Positions 28,905-37,282 of a stretch of DNA of 43,522 nucleotides are shown here, piece after piece. The DNA is from an uncultured Oscillospiraceae bacterium (lineage in GTDB: Bacteria > Bacillota > Clostridia > UMGS1883). A program made the translations under genes and the position numbers. Numbering within the stretch: the first letter of the stretch is position 1; each line of letters starts with the position of its first letter. The stretch is from contig CAZYYT010000002.1 in the NCBI GenBank assembly GCA_964651775.1, positions 1-43,522 of the forward strand, written 5' to 3'. The notes under the pieces were generated by a model. That model had not been told where the DNA came from, did not search any database, and was given only the letters and a program-made list of their open reading frames with translations.

Positions 28905-29690
28905 CTATTGTTTGCTCACATACTTTGATGGAGCCTTGCCAATATACTGCTTAAATATACGACTGAAATAATAGATTGAATCAAATCCAAGTTCAGAAGA
29001 GATTTCTCCAATAGAGCGGTCTGTCTCTCGTAACAGGAGGCAGGCCCTTTGTATTCTCAGACTGTTGCGGTAATAGATGGGTGTTTTGCCGGTTTCTTTT
29101 TTAAAAAGCCGATAAAGATGTGTTTCGCTTAAAAAACATAATTCTGCCAGCTCCAATGCGGATATATCTTCGGTATAATGGTTGTTGATATAATCGATTG
29201 CGGGCATAATGCGATTTTCGGAGGTTGATTTAAGAAGCTGATAAAGCTCTGCCAGCATATCGTAAAAAAGAGCCATTGCATGGAAGCTGGCATCAGGGAT
29301 AGAAAGAATGTCGGATAGTTTTTTTGCGTCTTTCATAAATATAGTGCCGACTTTGTCAGCAATAGGCAAGGGGAGTCGTGAAAATAATATGGGCTCCATA
29401 TCATTCATATCTGTAATAGTAAAGCTTATACGAAAAAAGGAGAAGCTTTCGGTTGAGACTGTCAGATGATGCTTGGAGTGCAGCGGAAGATATATAAGTG
29501 TGTGTGGACCAAACTCGAAACTGCCACCCTCCCAATTATATCTGCCTATGCCCTTATCAATCAGTAAAAAACCATTAACATTTCGGTTTTCTACAGTCAT
29601 ATTCCTGTAGGACGGAGTTTGATATATAGCGGTAAGTCCATGCAGTGCGAAATCAGTTTTGTGCAAATCCTGAAATTTAATAATTTTCAT
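28905..29690 (-). CDS. AraC family transcriptional regulator
   Basis: C-terminal dual HTH (ELAELCFLSETHLYRLFKKETGKTP...IGEISSELGFDSIYYFSRIFKQYIGKAPS) and an N-terminal cupin-like sensor. Start set at MKIIKFQ. Confidence 0.83.
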   Translation of the reverse strand: MKIIKFQDLHKTDFALHGLTAIYQTPSYRNMTVENRNVNGFLLIDKGIGRYNWEGGSFEFGPHTLIYLPLHSKHHLTVSTESFSFFRISFTITDMNDMEPILFSRLPLPIADKVGTIFMKDAKKLSDILSIPDASFHAMALFYDMLAELYQLLKSTSENRIMPAIDYINNHYTEDISALELAELCFLSETHLYRLFKKETGKTPIYYRNSLRIQRACLLLRETDRSIGEISSELGFDSIYYFSRIFKQYIGKAPSKYVSKQ

Positions 29691-29858
29691 ATGTAATTCA
29701 TCTCCTGCATTTATATAGGAAATTAACTGCAACTATATTATACGATTTTTTGGAACAAACGTCAAGTACATGTTAGAATAGTTTAAATATCTGTTGTTTT
29801 TATGTATTTGCTTTTAACTTATCTGATAGTATAATTTGAGAAAAGGAGGATGTGATTT

Positions 29859-30044
29859 ATGAAGGTCTATTACAAAGTTGGTGGTGGCTGTGTATTGTGT
29901 CTGGGATGTGTATATGAATGTCCTGTCGGTGCAATTTCTGTAAAAGAGAATATTTCGGCAATTATAGACAAGGAACGCTGTTTGGGTTGTGGCAAGTGCT
30001 GTGACAGCTGTCAGGCTGAGGCAATAATCAAAGTAGAAGAATAA
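29859..30044 (+). CDS. 4Fe-4S dicluster ferredoxin
   Basis: 61 aa with two Cys clusters, CVLCLGCVYECP and CLGCGKCCDSC. AAAGGAGG upstream. Confidence 0.8.
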   Translation: MKVYYKVGGGCVLCLGCVYECPVGAISVKENISAIIDKERCLGCGKCCDSCQAEAIIKVEE

Positions 30045-30057
30045 TAGGAGGATAAAT

Positions 30058-31563
30058 ATGATTACTTTAAATCGGGAAGCAAATTCGATTATCAGAGAAG
30101 ATGAACTAATTCCAATATACGGAGACTATGATGTTGTAGTTGTAGGAGGAGGGATGGCAGGCGTTGGTGCAGCTCTGGCAGCGTCAAAAGCCGGTGCAAA
30201 AACCATCTTGATTGAAAACACTTCAGGACTTGGTGGTATTGCGTCCTTTGGCTTGGTGCCGATTCCTCTGGACTTTGTTTCCGGTCTCGGACAGGAATTT
30301 TTTGACGAAATGAAAAAGGTAGACGGAATCAGAAAGAGAAACACCGATCCGGAAAAGCATAAGCTGATATTTGACCGTATGATGAAAAAGTACGGAGCGG
30401 AAACCTTGCTTGTTACACCTTTGATAGATACTATTGTTGAAGGTAACGCGGTAAAGGGAATTGTTATTCACACCAAGCAGGGCAAAAAAGCAATAATGGG
30501 TAAGCGCTTTGTAGATGCTTCCGGTGATTCTGATTTGGTATTTTTTGCCGGAGGAGAAACACAGTCAGGACGTCCAGAAGATGGCATATCCATGGGCTGC
30601 TCATTGGATTTTGTTATGGGCGGTGTGGATTTTGATAAGTATCTGGAGAGTGATATTAGAAATAATGACCCCAAGTGGATAAAGACAATTTCCGATGCGT
30701 TAAAAAGCGGAGAATTGCCCTACGAGATAGACAATCATGTAAACTGGATTACGCATATTCCGGGACGTCCGGAGAATTGCGGTATGGATGAGGTTTGTAT
30801 TTGCATAGCGCATTCTAGGAGCTGCTATCCAACCGATAATAATGATTTAACCCGTATGTATATTGAGGGACGTGAACAGGCGGCAATCATGACAGATTTT
30901 ATCCGCAATCATATACCGGGCTTTGAAAAAGCGTATCTTAGCTATACGGGCAGTTTGTTAGGTGTAAGAGAGAGTCGCCGTATTGTTGGAGAGTATGCAT
31001 TTACCGGTATGGACATTGCTTATGCAAGGAAACAGGAGGATGTTATTGCAATAAGCCAGCACGGTTTTGATTTGCACGGAGGCAATCTTAAATGGTTTAA
31101 AGGACAACTGCCGGATGGCAGAGAGGCTTATATAGCCAACCGCGCCGGATGGGGAACGCAACTTCCGCCGGATGATGATTTGCCAAGGATAAATATGGCG
31201 GAGCTTGCGCCTGATGGAGAATTCTGGTATGACATTCCATACAGATCCTTGATTCCGATTAGACTGGAAAACGTTTTGGCAGCAGGAAGAAACATTTCAT
31301 CTGATGTGCCCGGACAGTCCGGCACAAGACTGGTTATGTGCTGTATGGCTCTTGGAGAAGCGGCAGGTACAGCAGCTGCACTTTCTATTAAGGATAACCT
31401 GTCTCCGCGCAAATTGGATGTAACGAGGCTACAAAGAACACTGGCTGAGAACAATGTAAACATCGGTCAGAGATTCAGAGAGATAGCTGCGTTTAAGGGC
31501 TATAAGACAAGTGAAAATACATTTGATGTCACTTTCAAAGGATCTAGTCAAGGCAATGGCTGA
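30058..31563 (+). CDS. FAD-dependent oxidoreductase (PF12831-like)
   Basis: DVVVVGGGMAGVGAALAASKAGAKTILIE dinucleotide-binding motif. 501 aa. Translationally close to the ferredoxin gene. Confidence 0.8.
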   Translation: MITLNREANSIIREDELIPIYGDYDVVVVGGGMAGVGAALAASKAGAKTILIENTSGLGGIASFGLVPIPLDFVSGLGQEFFDEMKKVDGIRKRNTDPEKHKLIFDRMMKKYGAETLLVTPLIDTIVEGNAVKGIVIHTKQGKKAIMGKRFVDASGDSDLVFFAGGETQSGRPEDGISMGCSLDFVMGGVDFDKYLESDIRNNDPKWIKTISDALKSGELPYEIDNHVNWITHIPGRPENCGMDEVCICIAHSRSCYPTDNNDLTRMYIEGREQAAIMTDFIRNHIPGFEKAYLSYTGSLLGVRESRRIVGEYAFTGMDIAYARKQEDVIAISQHGFDLHGGNLKWFKGQLPDGREAYIANRAGWGTQLPPDDDLPRINMAELAPDGEFWYDIPYRSLIPIRLENVLAAGRNISSDVPGQSGTRLVMCCMALGEAAGTAAALSIKDNLSPRKLDVTRLQRTLAENNVNIGQRFREIAAFKGYKTSENTFDVTFKGSSQGNG

Positions 31564-31654
31564 TATGAGAAAATTGTGTTATAATACCATGGCATATAAA
31601 GTATCGAAAAAGTGGTTGTAGCAAAATAGCAGCTAAAATAAGTTTCGAAAAGAA

Positions 31655-31692
31655 AAAAGCGGACGATTGCAGTAGCAAAAGTTCGCTTTTTT
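31655..31692 (+). terminator. weak terminator candidate after the oxidoreductase gene
   Basis: aaaagcggac / gttcgctttt stem (one G-U pair) followed by TT. Confidence 0.35.
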
Positions 31693-31760
31693 AGTTATAA
31701 TCGAATTGACATAAAACCATTAAACCAAGGAGATTATACCACAAGGCATATGCTTGTTGA

Positions 31761-31890
31761 TATTGCAGCAGGTTTCATATTCTATATAATTACAAAGGTA
31801 TGTACAGGTAAAATAAAAGAAATTAATCCTGTTTTATGGGTTTGTTCCGGTTTATTTATACTTAACTTTGTATTACTTGCATTGATATAA
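31761..31890 (+). pseudogene. orphan 3-prime remnant of an NCS2 purine permease gene (last ~42 codons)
   Basis: Reads IAAGFIFYIITKVCTGKIKEINPVLWVCSGLFILNFVLLALI*, against ...LLAII* at the end of 27280-28626. No credible upstream coding sequence or RBS. Confidence 0.8.
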
Positions 31891-31915
31891 CAAAATAAAA
31901 ACCAAGCACCTTTGA
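31761..31915 (+). repeat. direct repeat copy 2 (orphan permease 3-prime end plus intact terminator start)
   Basis: See copy 1. The offset between copies is exactly 3264 nt. Confidence 0.85.
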
Positions 31916-31931
31916 GAAATCAAAGGTGCTT
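31904..31931. terminator. bidirectional Rho-independent terminator
   Basis: aagcacctttga / tcaaaggtgctt 12-bp perfect stem with a GAAA loop and T-runs on both strands. It lies between the permease remnant and the convergent MATE gene. Confidence 0.72.
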
Positions 31932-31970
31932 TTCTTATGCAAAATTATATTTACCAAAGCTAATTTAACC

Positions 31971-33338
31971 TTAATTGTCAGTTAGTTCTTGACTCTCCTC
32001 GGATTTACCCATGCTCTTTTTTAAAATCACCACAAGAAACAAAATGCCAAGTGCGAGTGTGATTGTATCTGATATAGGCTGTGCCCAAATAAGGCCCTCA
32101 AATCCTGACAGCTTCTTCATTAAGAATAAAAGTGGAATATAGAAAAGTCCTTGTCTAGCGGTGGATAGTACAAGTGCTTCTTTTGCTTTGCCAAAGGCTT
32201 GAATACCGGTAGTCGCAAGCATCTGTGGACCTAATACAATAAAGCTGAAAATACTTATGCGAAAAACTAACTTGCCGGCATCTATAACGTCGGGAAGCTT
32301 TGTGAAGATGCCCACAAAATTTGGCGCAAGCACCCAAAAAATTGCCATTAGCAAAACGCCTATTGAAAATGTCATAATCATACCGGTTTTAAATACGGAG
32401 CGCACCCTCTTATAATTACCGGCTCCGTAGTTGTATCCAATCAGCGGTTGACAACCCGCAGCAAATCCCATAAACACAAAAGTGCCAATAAACATCATCT
32501 TAGATGAGATGCCCATTCCTGCTTTTAATACATCGTTATCACCGACTAAATTATTAAGAATAATCATAGCAACACTAAGTAAAAATTGGCTAATACATGC
32601 AGGCACACCAATGGTGAAAATTTCCTTCCAAATGGTAGAATTTCTGCTGATGAAGTTTAATTTTATCTTTAAAAGTGCTTTACCCGATAGATAGTAGTAA
32701 GCATAGTAGACAAGCGCCCCCAAATTACCTAATACAGTAGCAAGCGCCGCACCACCAATACCCATATCAAATGTAAAGATAAAAAGTGGGTCTAATACGA
32801 CATTAATAACTGTTCCAATCAGCATACCGGTAATCGATGGCATCATCGCACCTTCTGCACGAAGAAGTTGACCGCCTGCATAGTTTAGCATAACGGGGAT
32901 AGATCCCAAAAGCATTATAGAAACATAGTTGTACGCATAAGGGTAAACATCTGATGATGCACCAAGCCCTGTAATAAGGGGCTTAATAACTGCCATACCC
33001 GCTATCATCACAATAATTGCAAGTATTGTACATATCATAACGCCTGTTGTAAGTGTGCGGTTTGCACTATCACTGTCTTTTCTGCCTATACATCGTGAAA
33101 TATATGATGCCGCACCAGTTGAAACGATGGTGGCTATGGCCATTTGTATCATAAAAACCGGTGTGGTAATACTTGCAGCAGCAAGCTGGTTTTTGTCTTG
33201 CAGCATACCGATGAAGAAGGTGTCTACCAAATTATAAAGCACTTGCACCATCATTCCGCATACAACGGGAATTGATAGTTTAAGTATTGCTTTAATGATT
33301 GGTGCCTTTCCCATCAGCTCAATTTGTTTATTTTCCAT
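31971..33338 (-). CDS. MATE family efflux transporter
   Basis: 455 aa, 12-TM pattern. N-terminus LKLSIPVVCGMMVQVLYNLVDTFFIG is typical of MatE. Confidence 0.85.
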   Translation of the reverse strand: MENKQIELMGKAPIIKAILKLSIPVVCGMMVQVLYNLVDTFFIGMLQDKNQLAAASITTPVFMIQMAIATIVSTGAASYISRCIGRKDSDSANRTLTTGVMICTILAIIVMIAGMAVIKPLITGLGASSDVYPYAYNYVSIMLLGSIPVMLNYAGGQLLRAEGAMMPSITGMLIGTVINVVLDPLFIFTFDMGIGGAALATVLGNLGALVYYAYYYLSGKALLKIKLNFISRNSTIWKEIFTIGVPACISQFLLSVAMIILNNLVGDNDVLKAGMGISSKMMFIGTFVFMGFAAGCQPLIGYNYGAGNYKRVRSVFKTGMIMTFSIGVLLMAIFWVLAPNFVGIFTKLPDVIDAGKLVFRISIFSFIVLGPQMLATTGIQAFGKAKEALVLSTARQGLFYIPLLFLMKKLSGFEGLIWAQPISDTITLALGILFLVVILKKSMGKSEESQELTDN

Positions 33339-33547
33339 TTACGCTTATACCTCCATATGTTTTGTAAAAACATCACAATTGTTGAAAAGTCAACAGTGAG
33401 AATTATAACATTTTTAATATAAGGTGTCAAGCAAATTAGTATTATGTATATTTACATTCAATTGAATATTTATAATATATAAAGAAAAAACATGAATATA
33501 ATATAGATAAGATGACATTAATATATAAAATTATAGGAGGGAAAAAA

Positions 33548-34417
33548 ATGAAAGAGAAGCTCAAGGGTTTGGTTATTGGCTTGGCAATAGGCTTAACTAT
33601 TACTACAACAGCGGTTTTAGCATCTAACGGGTCAGTCCTAAAGGAACTGAAGTACAATAACATTAAAATTAGTCTTAATAATAAAACAATTACACCTAAA
33701 GATGCAAACGGCAAATATGTAGAGCCATTTACCATAGATGGTACAACATATCTACCTGTTAGGGCCGTAGCAGACGCGGTTGGCGTAAATGTAGACTGGG
33801 ATGATCGCACAAATACTGTTGTTTTATCAAATAAAAAGGTACAAAATAATACTACTGATTTTGATAGTACCAATGTCAAAAACGGTATTAAAGTTGTAAA
33901 AGAATATACATGGAAAACAGACTACTCCAGTTATGTTGCTATAGTTGTGAGAAACGAATCCCCGTGGTCTGTTGCTCCAAGCGTACAGATTTCATACAAA
34001 GACAAAAATGGCACCGTAGTTGGCACTGATAACAAAACCGAAAATCCCTTTGGTCCGGGAAGTGAAATGGCAATTGTTTTCAGCAGTAAAGAGGATTTTG
34101 AAACAGCTGATTACATTTTATCTGCCAGCGAAGAGAAAGATTTTAGTGAGTGTATTTCAATGCTGGAAACTAAAGTAACTACAACGCCGGAAAAAGCTAT
34201 AATTCAAGTTACAAATAATGGTGATGATTTAGCCTATTTTGTAAAATATACAGTATTATTTAAAAATGGAGACAATGTTGTTGGTTATGGTACGGGATAT
34301 TTCGACGAATACGATTCCGGAATCAAACCAGGCTCGACAACAATCAGCGAAAAACAAGTATTCGGGAAAAAGTATGACTCTGTTGAGGTATATCTCACAG
34401 GAAGATCAGGGAAATAG
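33548..34417 (+). CDS. membrane-anchored or secreted protein with copper amine oxidase N-terminal-like domain
   Basis: MKEKLKGLVIGLAIGLTITTTAVLA signal/anchor. GKYVEPFTIDGTTYLPVRAVADAVGVNVDWDDRTNTVVL matches the Cu_amine_oxidN1 stalk motif. The C-terminal roughly 200 aa are unassigned. Confidence 0.68.
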   Translation: MKEKLKGLVIGLAIGLTITTTAVLASNGSVLKELKYNNIKISLNNKTITPKDANGKYVEPFTIDGTTYLPVRAVADAVGVNVDWDDRTNTVVLSNKKVQNNTTDFDSTNVKNGIKVVKEYTWKTDYSSYVAIVVRNESPWSVAPSVQISYKDKNGTVVGTDNKTENPFGPGSEMAIVFSSKEDFETADYILSASEEKDFSECISMLETKVTTTPEKAIIQVTNNGDDLAYFVKYTVLFKNGDNVVGYGTGYFDEYDSGIKPGSTTISEKQVFGKKYDSVEVYLTGRSGK

Positions 34418-34434
34418 ATTGTTTTATAAAAGTA

Positions 34435-34493
34435 GCAGTGGCTGATATGTACCTCCAAAAGCATCTAACTTTTGGGTTCACTTCAGCCACTGC
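34435..34493 (+). terminator. long-loop hairpin terminator candidate
   Basis: gcagtggctga / tcagccactgc 11-bp stem enclosing an inner ccaaaag/cttttgg stem, followed by CTTTTTCC. Confidence 0.45.
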
Positions 34494-34598
34494 TGCCTTT
34501 TTCCTTTATAATAAATAAATCTTGTCCAAAACCTTATTGGTAGGATGTGAAGATAAGCTTACTATGTACTTGTGGCGCTTGGCACACATATAAGTAAA

Positions 34599-35900
34599 TT
34601 ACCACATGGTTAGGGCTTGCTTTCCGCAGGCGTTACATTTTTTGAAGGGCTTATCAAGATTATATGCGATGCGGGGTAAATAGCCCGAGTCCTCCAAAAG
34701 AGTGAAAAGCGGGAAAAATATAGCCATTGGTGGAAGCATAACCGAAACAACCCACCCTAAAACGCGGTACATTCCCGATATAAGTGCACCTGATAGCCAC
34801 TCTGGGGCGCTTAAAAATTCAAAAATAGCGTAAAGCTTAATCTCAATATAATTAAATGCTTTACTAAGTAACTGCGAAGGGTAGTTTGCACCCTCAAGCG
34901 TTATCCAAAAAGTTAATAGTAAAAGTAAGACCATCAGCGGATATCCAAAGGCTTTGCTTGTAAGAATTCGGTCAATTTTTCTGTCACGCCCGTTATACAT
35001 GCCTTTATTTTCAGTCACAACAGATATAGATATGGCTTCAGCAGTGATTACTGTTGATATAGCTATATCATCTTTAATTTTGTTTTTATCGTATCCCTTT
35101 TGGTTAAGCACGGAAATTGCATTTTCAACCGATAGCCTAAGTGCTTCATCTTCAAATGGGTTATTCCCTAAAAAGCTTTCTATTTCATTTTTTAGTGATT
35201 CATTAATATCAAGCAGCTTTATACTAAGCCACCTTGCATCAAGTCTTTCCCCTGCCACTTTTTTTGCATAAGGGATTATAGACTCTATTGCTTCTTCTAT
35301 ATCATCACTATATTTTACTTTATAGCACACAGCATCAGATTCTGTTACACAGTCCACTGCATCCATAAGCGAGTCAAGGCTTTTTTTCTTATGCGCAATT
35401 GTGCATACAACACGTGCCCCCAGCTTTTTTTCTAAAAGCTTTGTATTAACCCTTATCCCCTTACGCTTTGCCTCATCCATCAAATTCAGGCATATAACAG
35501 CGCGCTTATTTGTTTCAAGCGTTTGTAAAACAAGATTTAAGTTCCTTTCAAGGCAGGTGGCATCGCATACAATAACTACTGCATCACAAGTACCGAAGCA
35601 GATGAAATTTCTTGCTATTTCCTCCTCGACAGAATGCGCCATTAGTGAATATGTACCGGGGATATCCACAAGCACATAGGAATTTCTATGTGTGGTGGTG
35701 TACCCCTGCGCATTAGCAACCGTTTTTCCGGGCCAATTACCCGTATGCTGATTCATCCCCGTAAGAGCGTTAAAAACTGTGCTTTTTCCAACGTTTGGAT
35801 TACCCGCTAGCGCAATAACCTTATCGTTTGGAGTTTGCTTTTTTATAACAAGGGCAGCGTCTCTAACACTTGCCCCCGTTGAGCTTTTGGTAAGCCCCAT
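34599..35900 (-). pseudogene. feoB 5-prime fragment (G-domain, helical domain and first TM segments of an interrupted gene)
   Basis: G1 GNPNVGKST, G3 DIPGTYSL and G4 NLMD. Ends ...CGKQALTMW*, with only the last codon and the stop contributed by element DNA. Confidence 0.85.
34603..34610. repeat. right junction core (attR/attL crossover region)
   Basis: CACATGGT is identical to 17587-17594 and sits exactly at the feoB break point. Confidence 0.8.
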
Positions 35901-35903
35901 AAA

Positions 35904-36146
35904 CTACCCCCTTACAGCATCTATCAAAATATCTTTACAATCTTCCCTACGCAGTGCAATCACTGCACCACGGATGAGAAATGCAGATGGGTCACCCATT
36001 GGCGATTTGCCGATACACTCGACTACCGTTCCGGGAATAAGCCCGATGTCGAGAAGCCTACGGCGTATACCATCATTGCTTGTTATTTTGGTAACGGTTG
36101 CCTGCTGCCCTGTATTAAGTGTGCTAAGGCAGTTGTCTTCATACAT
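35904..36146 (-). CDS. feoA: ferrous iron transport protein A
   Basis: LNTGQQATVTKITSNDGIRRRLLDIGLIPGTVVECIGKSPMGDPSAFLIRGAVIALRREDCKDILI is a FeoA SH3-like domain. Start placed at MYEDN (8 nt after AAGAGG). The stop is 3 nt from the feoB start. Confidence 0.8.
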   Translation of the reverse strand: MYEDNCLSTLNTGQQATVTKITSNDGIRRRLLDIGLIPGTVVECIGKSPMGDPSAFLIRGAVIALRREDCKDILIDAVRG

Positions 36147-36224
36147 ATACATTACCTCTTTTACATTCCTCATATTCATATTATTCTTCTTTATCCCTGC
36201 ATGCTACATTCATAAAGACAAAAA

Positions 36225-36266
36225 AAGGATTGTTTAAAACAATGTACATCGTTTTAAACAATCCTT
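36225..36266 (-). terminator. Rho-independent terminator of hup
   Basis: aaggattgtttaaaac / gttttaaacaatcctt 16-bp perfect stem, followed by TTTTTTTG on the minus strand. Confidence 0.72.
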
Positions 36267-36282
36267 TTTATTATCTTTGTTA

Positions 36283-36555
36283 TTATTTAACAAGATTCTT
36301 AAGAGCTGCGCCAACCTTAAATGCAGGAACTTTAGAAGCAGGAACCTGGATTTTCTCTTTTGTCTGAGGGTTGAGGCAAGTACGAGAAGCTCTTTCTCTA
36401 ACTTCGAAAGTACCAAAGCCAACAAGCTGTACTTTTTCGCCTGCTTTGAGAGCACCTTCAACTGATTCCATGAAAGCATTAAGAGCCTTCTCAGCGTCCT
36501 TCTTAGAAAGAGCTGATTTTTCTGCAATTGCTGCAACGAGTTCTGTCTTATTCAT
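36283..36555 (-). CDS. hup: DNA-binding protein HU
   Basis: MNKTELVAAIAEKSALSKKDAEKALNAFMESV...GFGTFEVRERASRTCLNPQTKEKIQVPASKVPAFK is a canonical HU sequence. AAGGAGG lies 8 nt upstream of the ATG. Confidence 0.9.
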   Translation of the reverse strand: MNKTELVAAIAEKSALSKKDAEKALNAFMESVEGALKAGEKVQLVGFGTFEVRERASRTCLNPQTKEKIQVPASKVPAFKVGAALKNLVK

Positions 36556-36637
36556 TAACATTTCCTCCTTTATATAATGTAATTGCGCTAAACGCATTAC
36601 TGACCAATTCCTATAATATCATATTAAATTGCCATAT

Positions 36638-37282
36638 TCAAGCATTTTCTTCAATATTTTTTATGTTTTTAGTAATTTTTTTCAAATATTTGGCTATTGA
36701 AGCCTCCGGATCTATCCCTTTGGCACGTGCCTCTTCACAAATTTTAAATATTTTTTCACCGATTTCAAGCTCGATATCGTCTGAAACATCAATATTGTTC
36801 CATTTACAAGGCAAATCTGCCGACTGGATTTTACCGATAATTTTACTGCATTTCATTAGAACGGGAAGCGAAGGCGTGATAGAATCAATTGATTCATAGG
36901 TCTTTTTTTGGCCACGCTGTTTTCTTTTTATTTTTTCCCAATTATCAAGAACTTCCTCGGGCGTATCGGCTTTTGCGCTTCCGAAAACGTGAGGGTGACG
37001 CACAATCATCTTTGTGCAGATGCCATCTATTACATCATAAATTGCAAATGTACCCTCTTCCCTTCCTATTTCCGCGTGCATCACAATTTGCAAAAGCACA
37101 TCACCAAGCTCATCCGAAACCTTTGTAAAATCACCCTCTTCTATGGCATCAACGGCCTCGTAGCATTCCTCTATCAGATGCTTTGAAAGTGATTTATGGG
37201 TTTGCTCCCTATCCCAGGGGCACCCATCCGGAGAACGGAGCTGATGAATTATTTCACATAATCTATTAAAATCATTTTCCAT
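36638..37282 (-). CDS. mazG: MazG-type nucleoside triphosphate pyrophosphohydrolase
   Basis: LRSPDGCPWDREQTHKSLSKHLIEECYEAVDAIE and ELGDVLLQIVMHAEI MazG motifs. Start placed at MENDFNRL. Confidence 0.83.
   Translation of the reverse strand: MENDFNRLCEIIHQLRSPDGCPWDREQTHKSLSKHLIEECYEAVDAIEEGDFTKVSDELGDVLLQIVMHAEIGREEGTFAIYDVIDGICTKMIVRHPHVFGSAKADTPEEVLDNWEKIKRKQRGQKKTYESIDSITPSLPVLMKCSKIIGKIQSADLPCKWNNIDVSDDIELEIGEKIFKICEEARAKGIDPEASIAKYLKKITKNIKNIEENA

Larger units (their letters stand above)
17587..34610. mobile_element. 17,016-bp integrated element (large-serine-recombinase island) interrupting feoB
   Basis: Bounded by identical 8-nt CACATGGT at 17587-17594 and 34603-34610. The recombinase gene lies at the left end. 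In-silico excision restores the feoB frame. Confidence 0.82.

Noticed and set aside
17587-34610. Possible prophage, given the integrase at one end and insertion into a gene.
   Set aside because: No ORF resembles a terminase, portal, capsid, tail, holin/lysin, repressor/antirepressor pair or replication module. At 17 kb with metabolic and stress cargo, it fits a genomic island or a heavily degraded element better.
36147-36224. Fur/DtxR-type operator upstream of feoA.
   Set aside because: Only a loose AT-rich similarity (AGAATAATATGAATATGA) and no convincing 7-1-7 or 19-bp Fur-box dyad.
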